Source: Firmicutes bacterium ZCTH02-B6
Lineage (GTDB): Bacteria > Bacillota > Limnochordia > Limnochordales > ZCTH02-B6
NCBI GenBank assembly: GCA_002159155.1
Contig: LZRQ01000119.1
Location: forward strand, 1-62,878
Direction: 5' to 3'
DNA length: 62,878 bases
Within the stretch, counting starts at the first letter, position 1. Each line of letters opens with the position of its first letter. Shown here piece by piece: positions 26,936 through 36,055 of this stretch. The translations under genes were made by a program, and so were the position numbers. The notes below the pieces were generated by a model, which saw only the letters and a list, made by a program, of their open reading frames with translations, did no database searches and was not told the DNA's origin.

Positions 26936-27079
26936 TCACGCGCGGGGCAAGAGCGGGATCACATAGCGGGCGAGAAACCACAATATGGCCAGCACGATGA
27001 TGACGATGGCGCCCCACTTGATGGCCGCGGTGCCGGCCTCCTGACCTCCGCCTCCGCCGCGAGGCTCTTCCTGAGCCAT
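26936..27079 (-). CDS. 47-aa single-pass membrane peptide, hypothetical
   Basis: ATG 27079 lies 7 nt after GGGAGGTG. Product is MAQEEPRGGGGGQEAGTAAIKWGAIVIIVLAILWFLARYVIPLLPRA, with one clear TM helix. Lies between meaB and DUF309. Confidence 0.55.
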   Translation of the reverse strand: MAQEEPRGGGGGQEAGTAAIKWGAIVIIVLAILWFLARYVIPLLPRA

Positions 27080-27123
27080 GAGCGACACCTCCCGATTGGC
27101 AGTGTGCCCATGGCGCGGAGCCT

Positions 27124-28104
27124 TCACGCACGGGCGCGCAGCATGGCCAGCAGCGCGTCCGCCGCCTGGTAAGCGTCCAGCTTGCGAGCGGCGATGTCGC
27201 TAATCAGATGCTCCTTTTGGGACGCCACGGAGGAAGCTGCCAATACCTGCTCAAGGCGAACGAGCAATGCTTCCTCCAGTTCCGCTTCAGCCTGGGAGCG
27301 TACGATGTGTTCCCAGCGGCCGGACTGCAAGAGATAGGCGCGGTGGGCGTCAAGCGCGTCGGCCAGCTGGTCGACATTTTCGCCCTTCAAGGCGACGGTG
27401 CGCACAATCGGCGGGATCCAGCCTTCGTCGGGCTGCTGGCCGACAGCGAGCGCGGATTCGCGGCCTACTTCGATCATGGACGCCAGTTGGGCTGCGGTGC
27501 GGTCGGCGCCTTCCCGGTCCGCCTTGTTCACCACGTACACGTCCGCGATTTCCAGAATACCGGCTTTCAACATCTGTATGTCGTCGCCGAGCCCGGGAAC
27601 GGATACCACCACCGTCGTGTGCGCCAAGCTGCGCACCGCCACGTCCGACTGGCCTGCCCCAACGGTTTCGATCAGAACGACGTCCTTGCCGAACGAATCG
27701 AGCAGGTGCACGACGCCTCGCACCGAGCGGGACGTGCCCCCCAGCTGCCCGCGGGAGGCCATGCTGCGGAAAAAGACGCCGCTGGGGGCGTCTTGCGGCA
27801 TGCGCACTCGGTCACCCAGCACGGCACCCCCGGAAAAGGGGCTTGTCGGGTCGATGGCGACAATGCCTACCTGACGCCCGCGGCGGCGGTAGGCGGAGGC
27901 CAGCGCCCAAACCAGGGTGCTCTTGCCCGCGCCGGGCGGACCCGTGAGGCCGATGACGTGGGCCTTGCCCGTGTGGGGGTGGATCTCCCGCATGACGTCT
28001 GCGACGCCCGGGTCACCGTCGTCGACTAAGGTGATGAGCCGGGCCAAAGCACGGCGGTCGCCGGCCAGCATACGCCGGGCTAGATCGATCAGGGCGCCGG
28101 ACAA
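27124..28104 (-). CDS. meaB: Methylmalonyl-CoA mutase-associated G-protein chaperone (MeaB/ArgK)
   Basis: 326 aa with P-loop GLTGPPGAGKSTL and NKAD motif VVNKADR. Confidence 0.92.
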   Translation of the reverse strand: MSGALIDLARRMLAGDRRALARLITLVDDGDPGVADVMREIHPHTGKAHVIGLTGPPGAGKSTLVWALASAYRRRGRQVGIVAIDPTSPFSGGAVLGDRVRMPQDAPSGVFFRSMASRGQLGGTSRSVRGVVHLLDSFGKDVVLIETVGAGQSDVAVRSLAHTTVVVSVPGLGDDIQMLKAGILEIADVYVVNKADREGADRTAAQLASMIEVGRESALAVGQQPDEGWIPPIVRTVALKGENVDQLADALDAHRAYLLQSGRWEHIVRSQAEAELEEALLVRLEQVLAASSVASQKEHLISDIAARKLDAYQAADALLAMLRARA

Positions 28105-28107
28105 CGG

Positions 28108-28551
28108 TCACACCTCCCCGGGCACAAGCTGCACGAGACGATCGCCGCTGTTGACCGTGTCGCCCGCAGCCACGCCGACGGCCTGCACGAATCCCGCCAC
28201 CGGGGCCGGAATCTCGTTTTCCATCTTCATGGCCGTCAACACCAGCAGTATGTCGCCGCGCCGTACCCGGTCCCCCGGCTGTACCCGTACCTCGGTCACG
28301 GTGCCGGGCATGGGAGCCGTTAACCACCCGTTTCGCAGCCCGGACGAGCCCGGGCCGGAGGCCTCGTTTCCGGCGGAGTCAAGCGCGGGTGCCTCCTGCG
28401 GTGATGCGACGAGCGTCGCCTCAACCGACGGCGACGTTGACGGGGGACTAGCGGCCGGTTCTGCGTCCGGCAGTTCTTCGACGAGTACCTCGTGGCGCAC
28501 ACCGTCAACGGTAATCGCAAAACGTCTACGAAGGCCAGGGCCAGTTTGCAC
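28108..28551 (-). CDS. Biotin carboxyl carrier protein (1.3S-like)
   Basis: 147 aa. N-terminal RFAITVDGVRHEVLVEEL, a Pro/Ala/Ser linker and the biotinylation motif LTAMKMENEI. Confidence 0.88.
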   Translation of the reverse strand: MQTGPGLRRRFAITVDGVRHEVLVEELPDAEPAASPPSTSPSVEATLVASPQEAPALDSAGNEASGPGSSGLRNGWLTAPMPGTVTEVRVQPGDRVRRGDILLVLTAMKMENEIPAPVAGFVQAVGVAAGDTVNSGDRLVQLVPGEV

Positions 28552-30163
28552 GGAGATTCCTCCTGTCCATGGCGGGGTTGGCCATTCGGTGGCGCTGGGC
28601 CATCAGCTCAAGGCGCCCTGCGGCCCCCCACCGGAGTGGGGCCGACGGTGCCGGTTCGCGCGGCGGCGACGCCCGTGTGACGGAGACGATCCGGTGCGGC
28701 CTGTCCATCACCGCCGCGACCGCCGCCGCGATGACGGCCAGGCGGCGACGGTCGGACGAAGAGGGCTCAGGGGCATGCGGAGTGCTGGCGGGTACCGCCG
28801 CACGCAGCGAGTCCGCCGCGGCCTGGACGGCTCCCTCAGACACCGCCGTTTCAGCGAAATGCGTGTCGATCTGGCCGGTGGCGAAGCTTGGGTTGGCCAG
28901 CACTGCAAGGTGAAACGGAATTGTCGTCGGGACGCCTTCGATGTGGAACTCCCGCAACGCCCGCTGCATGCGGGCCAAGGCCGCAGCGCGGTCCGGTGCC
29001 CACACGATCAACTTGGCCATCATCGAGTCATAGAAGGGCGGGATAAGCCAACCGGCCCGGGCGGCCCCGTCGACGCGGACGCCGGGCCCCGCGGGCGCGA
29101 CGTAGGCGGTGATCAGGCCAGGTGCCGGTGCGAAGGACCGCAGGGGGTCCTCGGCGTTGATGCGGCATTCGAGGGCCCAGCCCCTGGGAACGAGCTCGTC
29201 CTGGCCAAATGGCAGTGGTTCGCCCGCCGCCACCCGGATCTGGGCCGCGATCAAGTCGACGCCGTAACGGACCTCGGTGACCGGGTGTTCCACCTGGATG
29301 CGGGTGTTGACTTCGAGAAAATAAAACCGTCCGTCTCGATCCAACAAGAACTCCACAGTGCCGGCGTTGATGTAACCTAGTGCCTGCAGGAGCCGCACGG
29401 CGGCTTCGCCCATCTGTGCCCGGATCTCCGGGGTAACCGCCGGGGAAGGGGATTCTTCGATCAGCTTTTGGTGGCGCCGCTGCACGGTGCAGTCACGCTC
29501 GCCCAGGTGCACCACGTGCCCGTGGGCGTCGGCCAGCACCTGGATTTCCACGTGGCGCGCGCCCTCCAGGTACTTCTCTAAATAGACCCAAGGCGACTTG
29601 AAGGCAGCCTCCGCTTCCGACATGGCCCGGGGGAGAAGCCGCACCAGCTCTTCCTCATTGCGGGCCAGCCGCATCCCCCGACCGCCGCCGCCCGCCACCG
29701 CCTTGATGAGGACCGGGTATCCGATCTCGGCCGCCCGACGCGCCGCTTCACCTACATCGGTGACCGGCTCACTGCCGGGAAGGCATGGAATCCCAAGGGC
29801 GATGGCCGAGGCGCGGGCCCGGTCCTTCTCCCCAAGGTGTTCCATAACCTCAGGCGTCGGCCCGATAAAGGTCAGCCCTGCTTCCCGGCACAGGCGGGCG
29901 AAGGAGGCGTTTTCCGCGAGGAACCCATAGCCGGGGTGGACCGCCTCCGCTCCCGCGTCCAGCGCGGCCTGTACAACGCGGGGCGCGTCCAGATAGCACC
30001 AGGGATCGCCGAGGTTGATCGCTTCATCTGCCAATTCCACCGGCAACGAGCCAGCGTCGGCGTCGCTGTGGACCACCACGGCCTCGACGCCCAACTCCCG
30101 GCACGTACGAATGATGCGCAGGGCGATCTCGCCCCGGTTGGGGATGAGGAGACGCCGAAACAT
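28526..30163 (-). CDS. Biotin carboxylase subunit of an acyl-CoA (propionyl-CoA) carboxylase, with a ~95-aa C-terminal extension
   Basis: From ATG 30163: [25 protein letters not shown], an ATP-grasp region (GGGGRGMRL), then the BC C-terminal domain. The upstream 19 codons of the ORF are probably not translated. Confidence 0.9.
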   Translation of the reverse strand: MFRRLLIPNRGEIALRIIRTCRELGVEAVVVHSDADAGSLPVELADEAINLGDPWCYLDAPRVVQAALDAGAEAVHPGYGFLAENASFARLCREAGLTFIGPTPEVMEHLGEKDRARASAIALGIPCLPGSEPVTDVGEAARRAAEIGYPVLIKAVAGGGGRGMRLARNEEELVRLLPRAMSEAEAAFKSPWVYLEKYLEGARHVEIQVLADAHGHVVHLGERDCTVQRRHQKLIEESPSPAVTPEIRAQMGEAAVRLLQALGYINAGTVEFLLDRDGRFYFLEVNTRIQVEHPVTEVRYGVDLIAAQIRVAAGEPLPFGQDELVPRGWALECRINAEDPLRSFAPAPGLITAYVAPAGPGVRVDGAARAGWLIPPFYDSMMAKLIVWAPDRAAALARMQRALREFHIEGVPTTIPFHLAVLANPSFATGQIDTHFAETAVSEGAVQAAADSLRAAVPASTPHAPEPSSSDRRRLAVIAAAVAAVMDRPHRIVSVTRASPPREPAPSAPLRWGAAGRLELMAQRHRMANPAMDRRNLRANWPWPS

Positions 30164-30241
30164 CACCGAACACGTCCTTGCTCTCAGCCCACCGCACAAG
30201 GTGGCGCGCTGCAAAGCCACGCGCGGCGCTGCGGCCGCACA

Positions 30242-31777
30242 TCAGAGCGGGATGTTACCGTGCTTTTTGGGTGGCCGGTCCTCGCGTTTGTTCGCCAGGG
30301 CTGCCAGCGCATGGATAATTCTCGGGCGCGTTTCGCGCGGGTCAATGACGTCATCCACCATGCCCCGGGCGCATGCCACATAAGGGTTTGCATACCGATC
30401 GCGGTACTCGCGCGTGCGCTCGGCCAGCAGAGCCTGCGGATCCTCGGCATGGGCCAGCCCGTTGCGGTAAAGAATCTGCGCCGCCCCTTCCGGGCCCATC
30501 ACGGCGACCTCGGCCGTCGGCCACGCCAAGGCCAGATCGGCGCCGATACCTCTGCTGCTCATGGCCACATACGCCCCGCCGTACGCCTTACGCAGGATGA
30601 CGGCGATCTTGGGCACCGTCGCCTCGGCGTAGGCGTAGAGGATTTTCGCCCCATGGCGGATGATGCCCCGGTGCTCCTGCGCTACCCCCGGCAGAAAGCC
30701 GGGCACGTCCACGAAAGTCACCAGCGGGATGTTGAACGCGTCGCAAAAGCGCACGAAGCGGGCGATCTTGTCGGAAGCGTCGATGTCGAGGCAGCCGGCC
30801 AACACCCGCGGCTGGTTGGCGATGACGCCCACGACTTGGCCGGCCATGCGGCCGAACCCCGCTACCGCGTTAAGGGCAAACTCCTGGTGCACTTCGAGCA
30901 GCCGCCCGCCGTCCAACACCCGCCACAGCACCTGGCGCACGTCGTAAGCTTTATTGGGCGAGGTGGGGACGACATCGAGGAGTTCGTCAGGGTGGCCCGG
31001 CGGTTCCGATGGTTCCGTGACCGGCGGCGTCTCGAGGTTGTTGGAGGGGAGGTAACTCAAGAGGTCCCGCACCATCGCCAGGCACTCCTCCTCGGATGGT
31101 GCGCGGAAGTGGGCCACGCCGCTTTTGCTGGCGTGGGTCTCGGCCCCGCCCAATTCCTCAAAGGTGACGTCCTCGCCCGTGGCGGCCTTTGTCACCTGAG
31201 GGCCGGTGATGAACATCTTGCTCACGCGGTCGGCCACGAAGGTGAAGTCCGTTAGGGCCGGGGAATAGACGGCCCCGCCGGCGCACGGACCAAGGATAAC
31301 CGAGATCTGCGGGACGACTCCCGACAGGCGGGCGTTGCGGGCAAAGATCTCCCCGTACGCGCCGAGGGCGTCGACTCCCTCCTGGATGCGGGCGCCGCCC
31401 GAGTCATTGATCCCCACGATGGGAGCGCCTGCCCGGTAAGCCAGGTCCATGATTTTGCAGATTTTGCGGGAATGCAGCTCACCGACGGAACCGCCATAGA
31501 TCGTGAAATCCTGGGAAAAGCAGAAGACGGGGCGGCCGTGGATGCGTCCCCAGCCGGTGACGACGCCTTCGCCGATGGGGTCATCGGGTACCCCGTTGCC
31601 GGTGTGTTGGCGAACAAAGGAATCGATTTCCTGGAAACTGCCCGGATCGAGCAGGGACGCCAGCCGTTGCCGGGCAGTGCCCTTGCCCGACGCCCGCTGC
31701 TGGGTGACCCGCTGCTCGCCGCCGCCAGCGGCGCTCTTGGTCCGCCACGCCGCAAGCTGCTCCAGCTTCTGCTGCAT
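30242..31777 (-). CDS. Acyl-CoA carboxylase carboxyltransferase (propionyl-CoA carboxylase beta / methylmalonyl-CoA carboxyltransferase 12S-like)
   Basis: Start is probably MQQKLEQL at 31777 (the ORF extends to 31837). Typical pattern GKGTARQRLASLLDPGSF ... GGARIQEG ... FVDVPGFLPG. Confidence 0.9.
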   Translation of the reverse strand: MQQKLEQLAAWRTKSAAGGGEQRVTQQRASGKGTARQRLASLLDPGSFQEIDSFVRQHTGNGVPDDPIGEGVVTGWGRIHGRPVFCFSQDFTIYGGSVGELHSRKICKIMDLAYRAGAPIVGINDSGGARIQEGVDALGAYGEIFARNARLSGVVPQISVILGPCAGGAVYSPALTDFTFVADRVSKMFITGPQVTKAATGEDVTFEELGGAETHASKSGVAHFRAPSEEECLAMVRDLLSYLPSNNLETPPVTEPSEPPGHPDELLDVVPTSPNKAYDVRQVLWRVLDGGRLLEVHQEFALNAVAGFGRMAGQVVGVIANQPRVLAGCLDIDASDKIARFVRFCDAFNIPLVTFVDVPGFLPGVAQEHRGIIRHGAKILYAYAEATVPKIAVILRKAYGGAYVAMSSRGIGADLALAWPTAEVAVMGPEGAAQILYRNGLAHAEDPQALLAERTREYRDRYANPYVACARGMVDDVIDPRETRPRIIHALAALANKREDRPPKKHGNIPL

Positions 31778-31842
31778 CGAAGCGTTCAACGGTCCAGGCC
31801 TCCTCATCGTGGTCAAGCTCGGGGGGCGTGGCCGCACGGCCG

Positions 31843-33498
31843 TTAGGCCGCGTCGCCCTCCCTGTGCTCGCCAAACACTTCCCGCAGCACGCCGCAGATT
31901 TCTCCAACGGAGGCGTACGCTTCCACAGCCCGGATCAAGTAGGGCATGAGATTGTCATCGCCCTGTGCCGCCTCCCGCACCGCGGCCAGCGCCGCTTGGA
32001 CGGCCCGTTGGTCCCGCTCCCGCCGCACGCGCTGGAGCCGCTCGATCTGGGCCCGCTCCTGAGCCTCATCGACCTGCAGCAGTTCCGGCTCATGGTGCTC
32101 TTCCATCCGGTACCGGTTGACGCCGACCACGACCCGCTGGCCCGATTCCACCTGCTGCTGCCAGCGGTAGGAGCTCTCCTCAATTTCCCGTTGCATGAAG
32201 CGGGTTTCGATCGCGCGCACCGCGCCGCCGATGTCGTCGATACGCCGGATGTAATCTTTGGCCCGTTCGTAGATGGCCTCGGTCAGGTGCTCGACCAAGT
32301 AGGACCCGCCCAGGGGATCGATGACGTCGGTCACTCCTGTCTCATGGGCGAGAATCTGCTGGGTGCGGACGGCGATGCGGCTCGCGGTCTCGCTTGGCAA
32401 AGCCAGCGCCTCATCGAAGGCGTTGGTGTGCAACGATTGCGTCCCGCCCAACACCGCCGCGAGCGCCTGGTAGGCGACGCGAACGATGTTGATCTCGGGC
32501 TGCTGGGCCGTCAGGGTGCAGCCGGCCGTCTGTGTGTGAAACCGGAGGGCCCACGCGCGCGGGTCCGTCGCGCCGAAGCGCTCCCGCATAATCTCCGCCC
32601 ACAGCCGGCGGGCGGCGCGGAATTTGGCCACCTCTTCGAAGAGGTGCATGTGGGCGTTGAAGAAGAACGACAGGCGCGGGGCAAACCGGTTTACGTCGAG
32701 CCCGCGCTTCATGGCTTCGGAGACGTATGCGATCGCGTTGGCAAGGGTAAAGGCGACCTCCTGGACGGCGTCGGCGCCTGCCTCGCGTATGTGGTAGCCG
32801 CTGATGCTGATGACGTTCCACTTGGGCACGTGCTCCTGGCAGTAGGCAAACAGATCCACGACCAGTCGCAAGGAAGGCCGGGGCGGGAAGATGTAGGTGC
32901 CGCGGGCCAGGTACTCTTTCAAAATGTCGTTCTGCACCGTGCCCGCAAGCTGCGCCGGGTCGAGCCCCTGGCGCTTGGCGACAGCGATGTACATGGCCAA
33001 CAAAATGGCCGCCGGGGCGTTGATGGTCATGGACGTGCTGACTTGGTCCAAGGGGATCCCTTGAAAAAGCGCCTCCATGTCGGCCAGCGTGTCGACCGCG
33101 ACGCCGACACGTCCGACTTCGCCGCTGGCCAGCGGGTGATCGGAGTCGTAGCCTAACTGCGTGGGCAGGTCGAAGGCTACCGACAACCCTGTCGTCCCCT
33201 GTGAGAGCAGGTAATGGAAACGCCGGTTCGTTTCCGCAGCGGTGCCGTAGCCCGCGTACTGGCGCATCGTCCAGGGCCGGCCGCGGTACATGGTCGGATA
33301 AGGCCCGCGGGTAAACGGGTACTCGCCCGGCCAGCCCAGGGCCCGTTCCCAATCGAGGCTGGCCAGATGGGCAGGGGTGTAGAGGGGCTCAAGCGGGATG
33401 CCGGAGCTGGTCTCCCTTGTGGCCAGCTCTTGGGCGGCACCGGCTCGCCAACGTTCCAGCGCGCGGTTGATCCGCTCGAGGGCGCTCGATTCCCACAC
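31843..33498 (-). CDS. Methylmalonyl-CoA mutase catalytic (N-terminal, TIM-barrel) subunit, with no B12-binding domain
   Basis: 551 aa with [42 protein letters not shown] and [12 protein letters not shown]. Ends before the cobalamin-binding domain. Confidence 0.9.
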   Translation of the reverse strand: MWESSALERINRALERWRAGAAQELATRETSSGIPLEPLYTPAHLASLDWERALGWPGEYPFTRGPYPTMYRGRPWTMRQYAGYGTAAETNRRFHYLLSQGTTGLSVAFDLPTQLGYDSDHPLASGEVGRVGVAVDTLADMEALFQGIPLDQVSTSMTINAPAAILLAMYIAVAKRQGLDPAQLAGTVQNDILKEYLARGTYIFPPRPSLRLVVDLFAYCQEHVPKWNVISISGYHIREAGADAVQEVAFTLANAIAYVSEAMKRGLDVNRFAPRLSFFFNAHMHLFEEVAKFRAARRLWAEIMRERFGATDPRAWALRFHTQTAGCTLTAQQPEINIVRVAYQALAAVLGGTQSLHTNAFDEALALPSETASRIAVRTQQILAHETGVTDVIDPLGGSYLVEHLTEAIYERAKDYIRRIDDIGGAVRAIETRFMQREIEESSYRWQQQVESGQRVVVGVNRYRMEEHHEPELLQVDEAQERAQIERLQRVRRERDQRAVQAALAAVREAAQGDDNLMPYLIRAVEAYASVGEICGVLREVFGEHREGDAA

Positions 33499-33678
33499 TG
33501 CCTAGCTCACCCCTCCGGGCTCCAGCGCGCGGTGCGCGGACGCCTTCTCCGTTCCTCGATTGTACTATACACAAAATTGATTTCTCTTGCCGCCGCGAAC
33601 ATCCTTGCAGGCGCGGGCCGCCGCCGTACCTGCCGCCGGGTGAGGCTACCGCGTTGGGGCGCCGACTCCGGCAGGTCA

Positions 33679-33707
33679 TCGACGCGGGCACGAGAAATGG
33701 ATAAAAT
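33679..33707 (+). promoter_or_regulatory. Weak promoter candidate for the Rdx/SelW-like gene
   Basis: TCGACG, 17-nt spacer, TAAAAT (33702-33707), 44 nt upstream of ATG 33751. Confidence 0.3.
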
Positions 33708-33750
33708 GACCACAAAGGCAGGAAACCCATTGGGCAAAGGAGGCGTTGCC

Positions 33751-34005
33751 ATGACGGCCAAGCCCGAGATCCGCATCGAGTTTTGCACTTCTTGAGGGTA
33801 CGCCCCGAAAGCCGCCAGGTTGGCGGAAGAGCTGGCGTCAACGTTTGCCGGCCGGCTGGGGGCCATCGTACTGGTACCTTCCAGCGGCGGCGTCTTTGAG
33901 GTGACCGCGGGGGAGCGGGTGCTGTTCTCCAAGCGGGCTGCCGGGCGTTTCCCGCAGCCAGGGGAGGTCACGCGCGCGATCCAGGAAAGCGGAATGCTCT
34001 CCTGA
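33751..34005 (+). CDS. Rdx-family (SelW/SelT/SelH-like) selenoprotein candidate. In-frame TGA at 33793-33795 read as selenocysteine (CxxU).
   Basis: ATG 33751 follows AAAGGAGG. MTAKPEIRIEFCTS-TGA-GYAPKAARLAEELASTFAGRLGAIVLVPSSGGVFEVTAGERVLFSKRAAGRFPQPGEVTRAIQESGMLS. Both ORF-track fragments are in the same frame. The sequence pattern is typical of bacterial SelW-like proteins. Confidence 0.75.
33800..33838 (+). promoter_or_regulatory. Candidate bacterial SECIS stem-loop
   Basis: Lower stem ACGCC/GGCGT, upper stem CCGCC(A)/(T)GGCGG, apical loop containing GGU. Begins 5 nt after the UGA. Confidence 0.45.
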
Positions 34006-34035
34006 ACCCGCGGGGCGACAACGGGAGGGAGCGTT

Positions 34036-34815
34036 TTGGTAACCATCGACCTTTCCGGCCACACCGGCCTCGTGGTCGGTGTGGCCGACAAACACAGCAT
34101 CGCATGGGGGATCGCGCAGATCTTGTCCGAGGCCGGCATGCGCCTGGCCCTTACGTACCAGAACGAGCGATTGGAGAGGAACGTACGGGAGCTGGCCTCA
34201 ACGCTGCCTGACCCGCTGGTGCTGCCGTTGGATGTGACCGACGACCGGCAGATCGACGCCGTCTTTGAGGCGATCGGCAACCAGTTTGGGCGGCTCGACT
34301 GCCTGATCCATGCCGTGGCGTTCGCACCCCGGGAAGACTTGATGAAAGACTACGTGGAAACGTCCAGGGACGGTTACCGGATTGCTCTGGACGTGAGCGC
34401 GTATTCGCTGGCGGCCTTGGCGCGCGGGGCGCGCCCGCTTATGAAAGAATCCGGCGGCGGCAGTATCGTGACGCTGACGTACTACGGCTCGGAGAAGGTC
34501 GTCGCCGGGTACAACGTCATGGGCGTGGCCAAGGCGGCCTTGGAGGCGTCGGTACGATACTTGGCCAACGACCTCGGGCCCGACAACATCAGGGTCAACG
34601 CGATTTCCGCCGGGCCCATGAAGACGCTGGCCGCCCGCGGGATTCCGGGCTTCATGAACATGCTCAAGTACCACGAGGAAAAGGCCCCGCTGCGCCGCCG
34701 GGTGGACATGCGGGAGCTGGCCGGCACGGCCCTCTTTTTGTGCAGCCCGCTCGGGTCAGGGATCACCGGTGAAGTCATCCATGTGGACTGCGGGTACAAC
34801 ATCCTAGGGCTTTAG
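34036..34815 (+). CDS. fabI: Enoyl-[acyl-carrier-protein] reductase (NADH), FabI
   Basis: 259-aa SDR with FabI patterns GVADKHSIAWGIA and YNVMGVAKAALEASVRYLA. TTG start lies 5 nt after GGGAGGGAG. Confidence 0.9.
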   Translation: MVTIDLSGHTGLVVGVADKHSIAWGIAQILSEAGMRLALTYQNERLERNVRELASTLPDPLVLPLDVTDDRQIDAVFEAIGNQFGRLDCLIHAVAFAPREDLMKDYVETSRDGYRIALDVSAYSLAALARGARPLMKESGGGSIVTLTYYGSEKVVAGYNVMGVAKAALEASVRYLANDLGPDNIRVNAISAGPMKTLAARGIPGFMNMLKYHEEKAPLRRRVDMRELAGTALFLCSPLGSGITGEVIHVDCGYNILGL

Positions 34816-34837
34816 CCGCTTAGCCCGGGGTTTCGGC

Positions 34838-36055
34838 ATGAGACAAGGCTTGGATTCGGCCACCGGAGCCGGACACGCCGGTTCGGCGTCGATTGGGGGA
34901 GCCGCTCGCGAGGCATTGTCCGCGGAGCGGCTCCTCGCGTGGTTCTCTGTCCACCGTCGGGACCTTCCCTGGCGGAGAAACCGCGACCCGTACCGCGTCG
35001 TAGTGTCCGAAGTGATGCTCCAGCAGACCCGGGTCGAAACAGTGCTGGCCTACTACGAGCGTTTTCTGGAGCGGTTTCCCACGGTGCAGGCGCTGGCTGC
35101 TGCCCCGGAAGGCGACGTCCTTAAGGCGTGGGAAGGCCTCGGGTACTACTCCCGGGCCCGCAACTTGCACCGGGCGGTGCGGGAGGTGGCGGCGCGCTAC
35201 GGGGGAGAGTTTCCGCAAGACGCCAGTGAACTGGCACGGCTGCCGGGCATCGGCCCGTACACGGCCGCCGCGGTGGCGGCGATCGCGTTTAACCAGCCTG
35301 TGGCCGCGGTGGACGGCAACGTCTTGCGGGTCATGGCCCGAAGCTTAGGCATCGCCGACGAGGTGACGCGTCCGGCGGTACAGCGGCGCATCAGGGACGT
35401 GGTGCAGGCGTTGATCCCGCAAGGGCGCGCGAGTGAGTTCGCCGAAGCCTTGATGGAGCTGGGGGCGCTGGTGTGCACGCCCCGCCGTCCGTCCTGCAGC
35501 GCCTGCCCGTGGCGAGAAGGGTGCGCCGCCCACGCAGCCGGGCAGGCGGAGGCGCTGCCGGTGCGGCGGTCTAAGGCCCGGCCGCGACCTGTGTTTGGCG
35601 CCGTGGCCATCATTGCGCAAGGCGGTCGGGTACTTGTTGTGCGCCGGCCTGACGATGGGCTCTTGGCCGGTATGTGGGAGTTTCCGTGGGCCGAGGGGGC
35701 AGGGCGGGAACATACCGGGCCGGACCTGGCCCAGTCTGTGGCCGCCCGCCTTGGTTTGCCGGTACGGGTGGAGCGGGAGTTCGACCCTGTGCGGCACGTG
35801 TTCAGCCACGTGGAGTGGCGCTTGCGGGTGTACTTGTGTACCCCTTGCGGGGGGAGGAGTGAACACTCGCCGACGGGTACGCAGGCGCGCTGGGTGTCCG
35901 CGGCCGAGTTGTCCCAACTTACGTTTGGACGGGCGCACCGGCGTATTGGCCAGCAGTGGCTGGAGCGCCTGGACGCCGCGAACGCTGGCCGGGGGGAAGC
36001 CTGGCGATGGCCGGAACGGGGCGAGCCGGGGAGTGGACGCGTTGATTCCGGATGA
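34838..36055 (+). CDS. mutY: A/G-specific adenine DNA glycosylase MutY (start uncertain)
   Basis: HhH-GPD region (VSEVMLQQTRVETV, LPGIGPYTAAAV), Fe-S loop CTPRRPSCSACPWREGC and a C-terminal NUDIX-like domain. Confidence 0.88.
   Translation: MRQGLDSATGAGHAGSASIGGAAREALSAERLLAWFSVHRRDLPWRRNRDPYRVVVSEVMLQQTRVETVLAYYERFLERFPTVQALAAAPEGDVLKAWEGLGYYSRARNLHRAVREVAARYGGEFPQDASELARLPGIGPYTAAAVAAIAFNQPVAAVDGNVLRVMARSLGIADEVTRPAVQRRIRDVVQALIPQGRASEFAEALMELGALVCTPRRPSCSACPWREGCAAHAAGQAEALPVRRSKARPRPVFGAVAIIAQGGRVLVVRRPDDGLLAGMWEFPWAEGAGREHTGPDLAQSVAARLGLPVRVEREFDPVRHVFSHVEWRLRVYLCTPCGGRSEHSPTGTQARWVSAAELSQLTFGRAHRRIGQQWLERLDAANAGRGEAWRWPERGEPGSGRVDSG

Noticed and set aside
29837-33156. 472-aa and 442-aa plus-strand ORFs opposite the carboxyltransferase/BC and mutase genes
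   Set aside because: They are antisense to genes with unambiguous motifs. Composition is biased (Arg/Gly/His/Asp) and there are no domains.
33499-33700. Possible cobalamin riboswitch in the 250-nt leader upstream of the mutase gene
   Set aside because: Reading the minus strand, I found no B12-box-like element (…GCCACTG…) or the GGTG…AATCCGG core. I saw only an AT-rich patch (TTGTACTATACACAA) that is more likely promoter or operator DNA.
35595-36032. 146-codon N-terminal extension of the OSBS/NAAAR ORF. Analogous extensions occur at 47358-47612 (AtuA), 42760-43038 (sufU), 60004-60336 (dppF), 316-513 (mrpC) and 764-853 (mrpD).
   Set aside because: These extensions overlap the preceding gene in another frame and translate to Arg/Trp/Pro-rich sequence. 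The homologous N-termini begin at internal starts with SD sequences.
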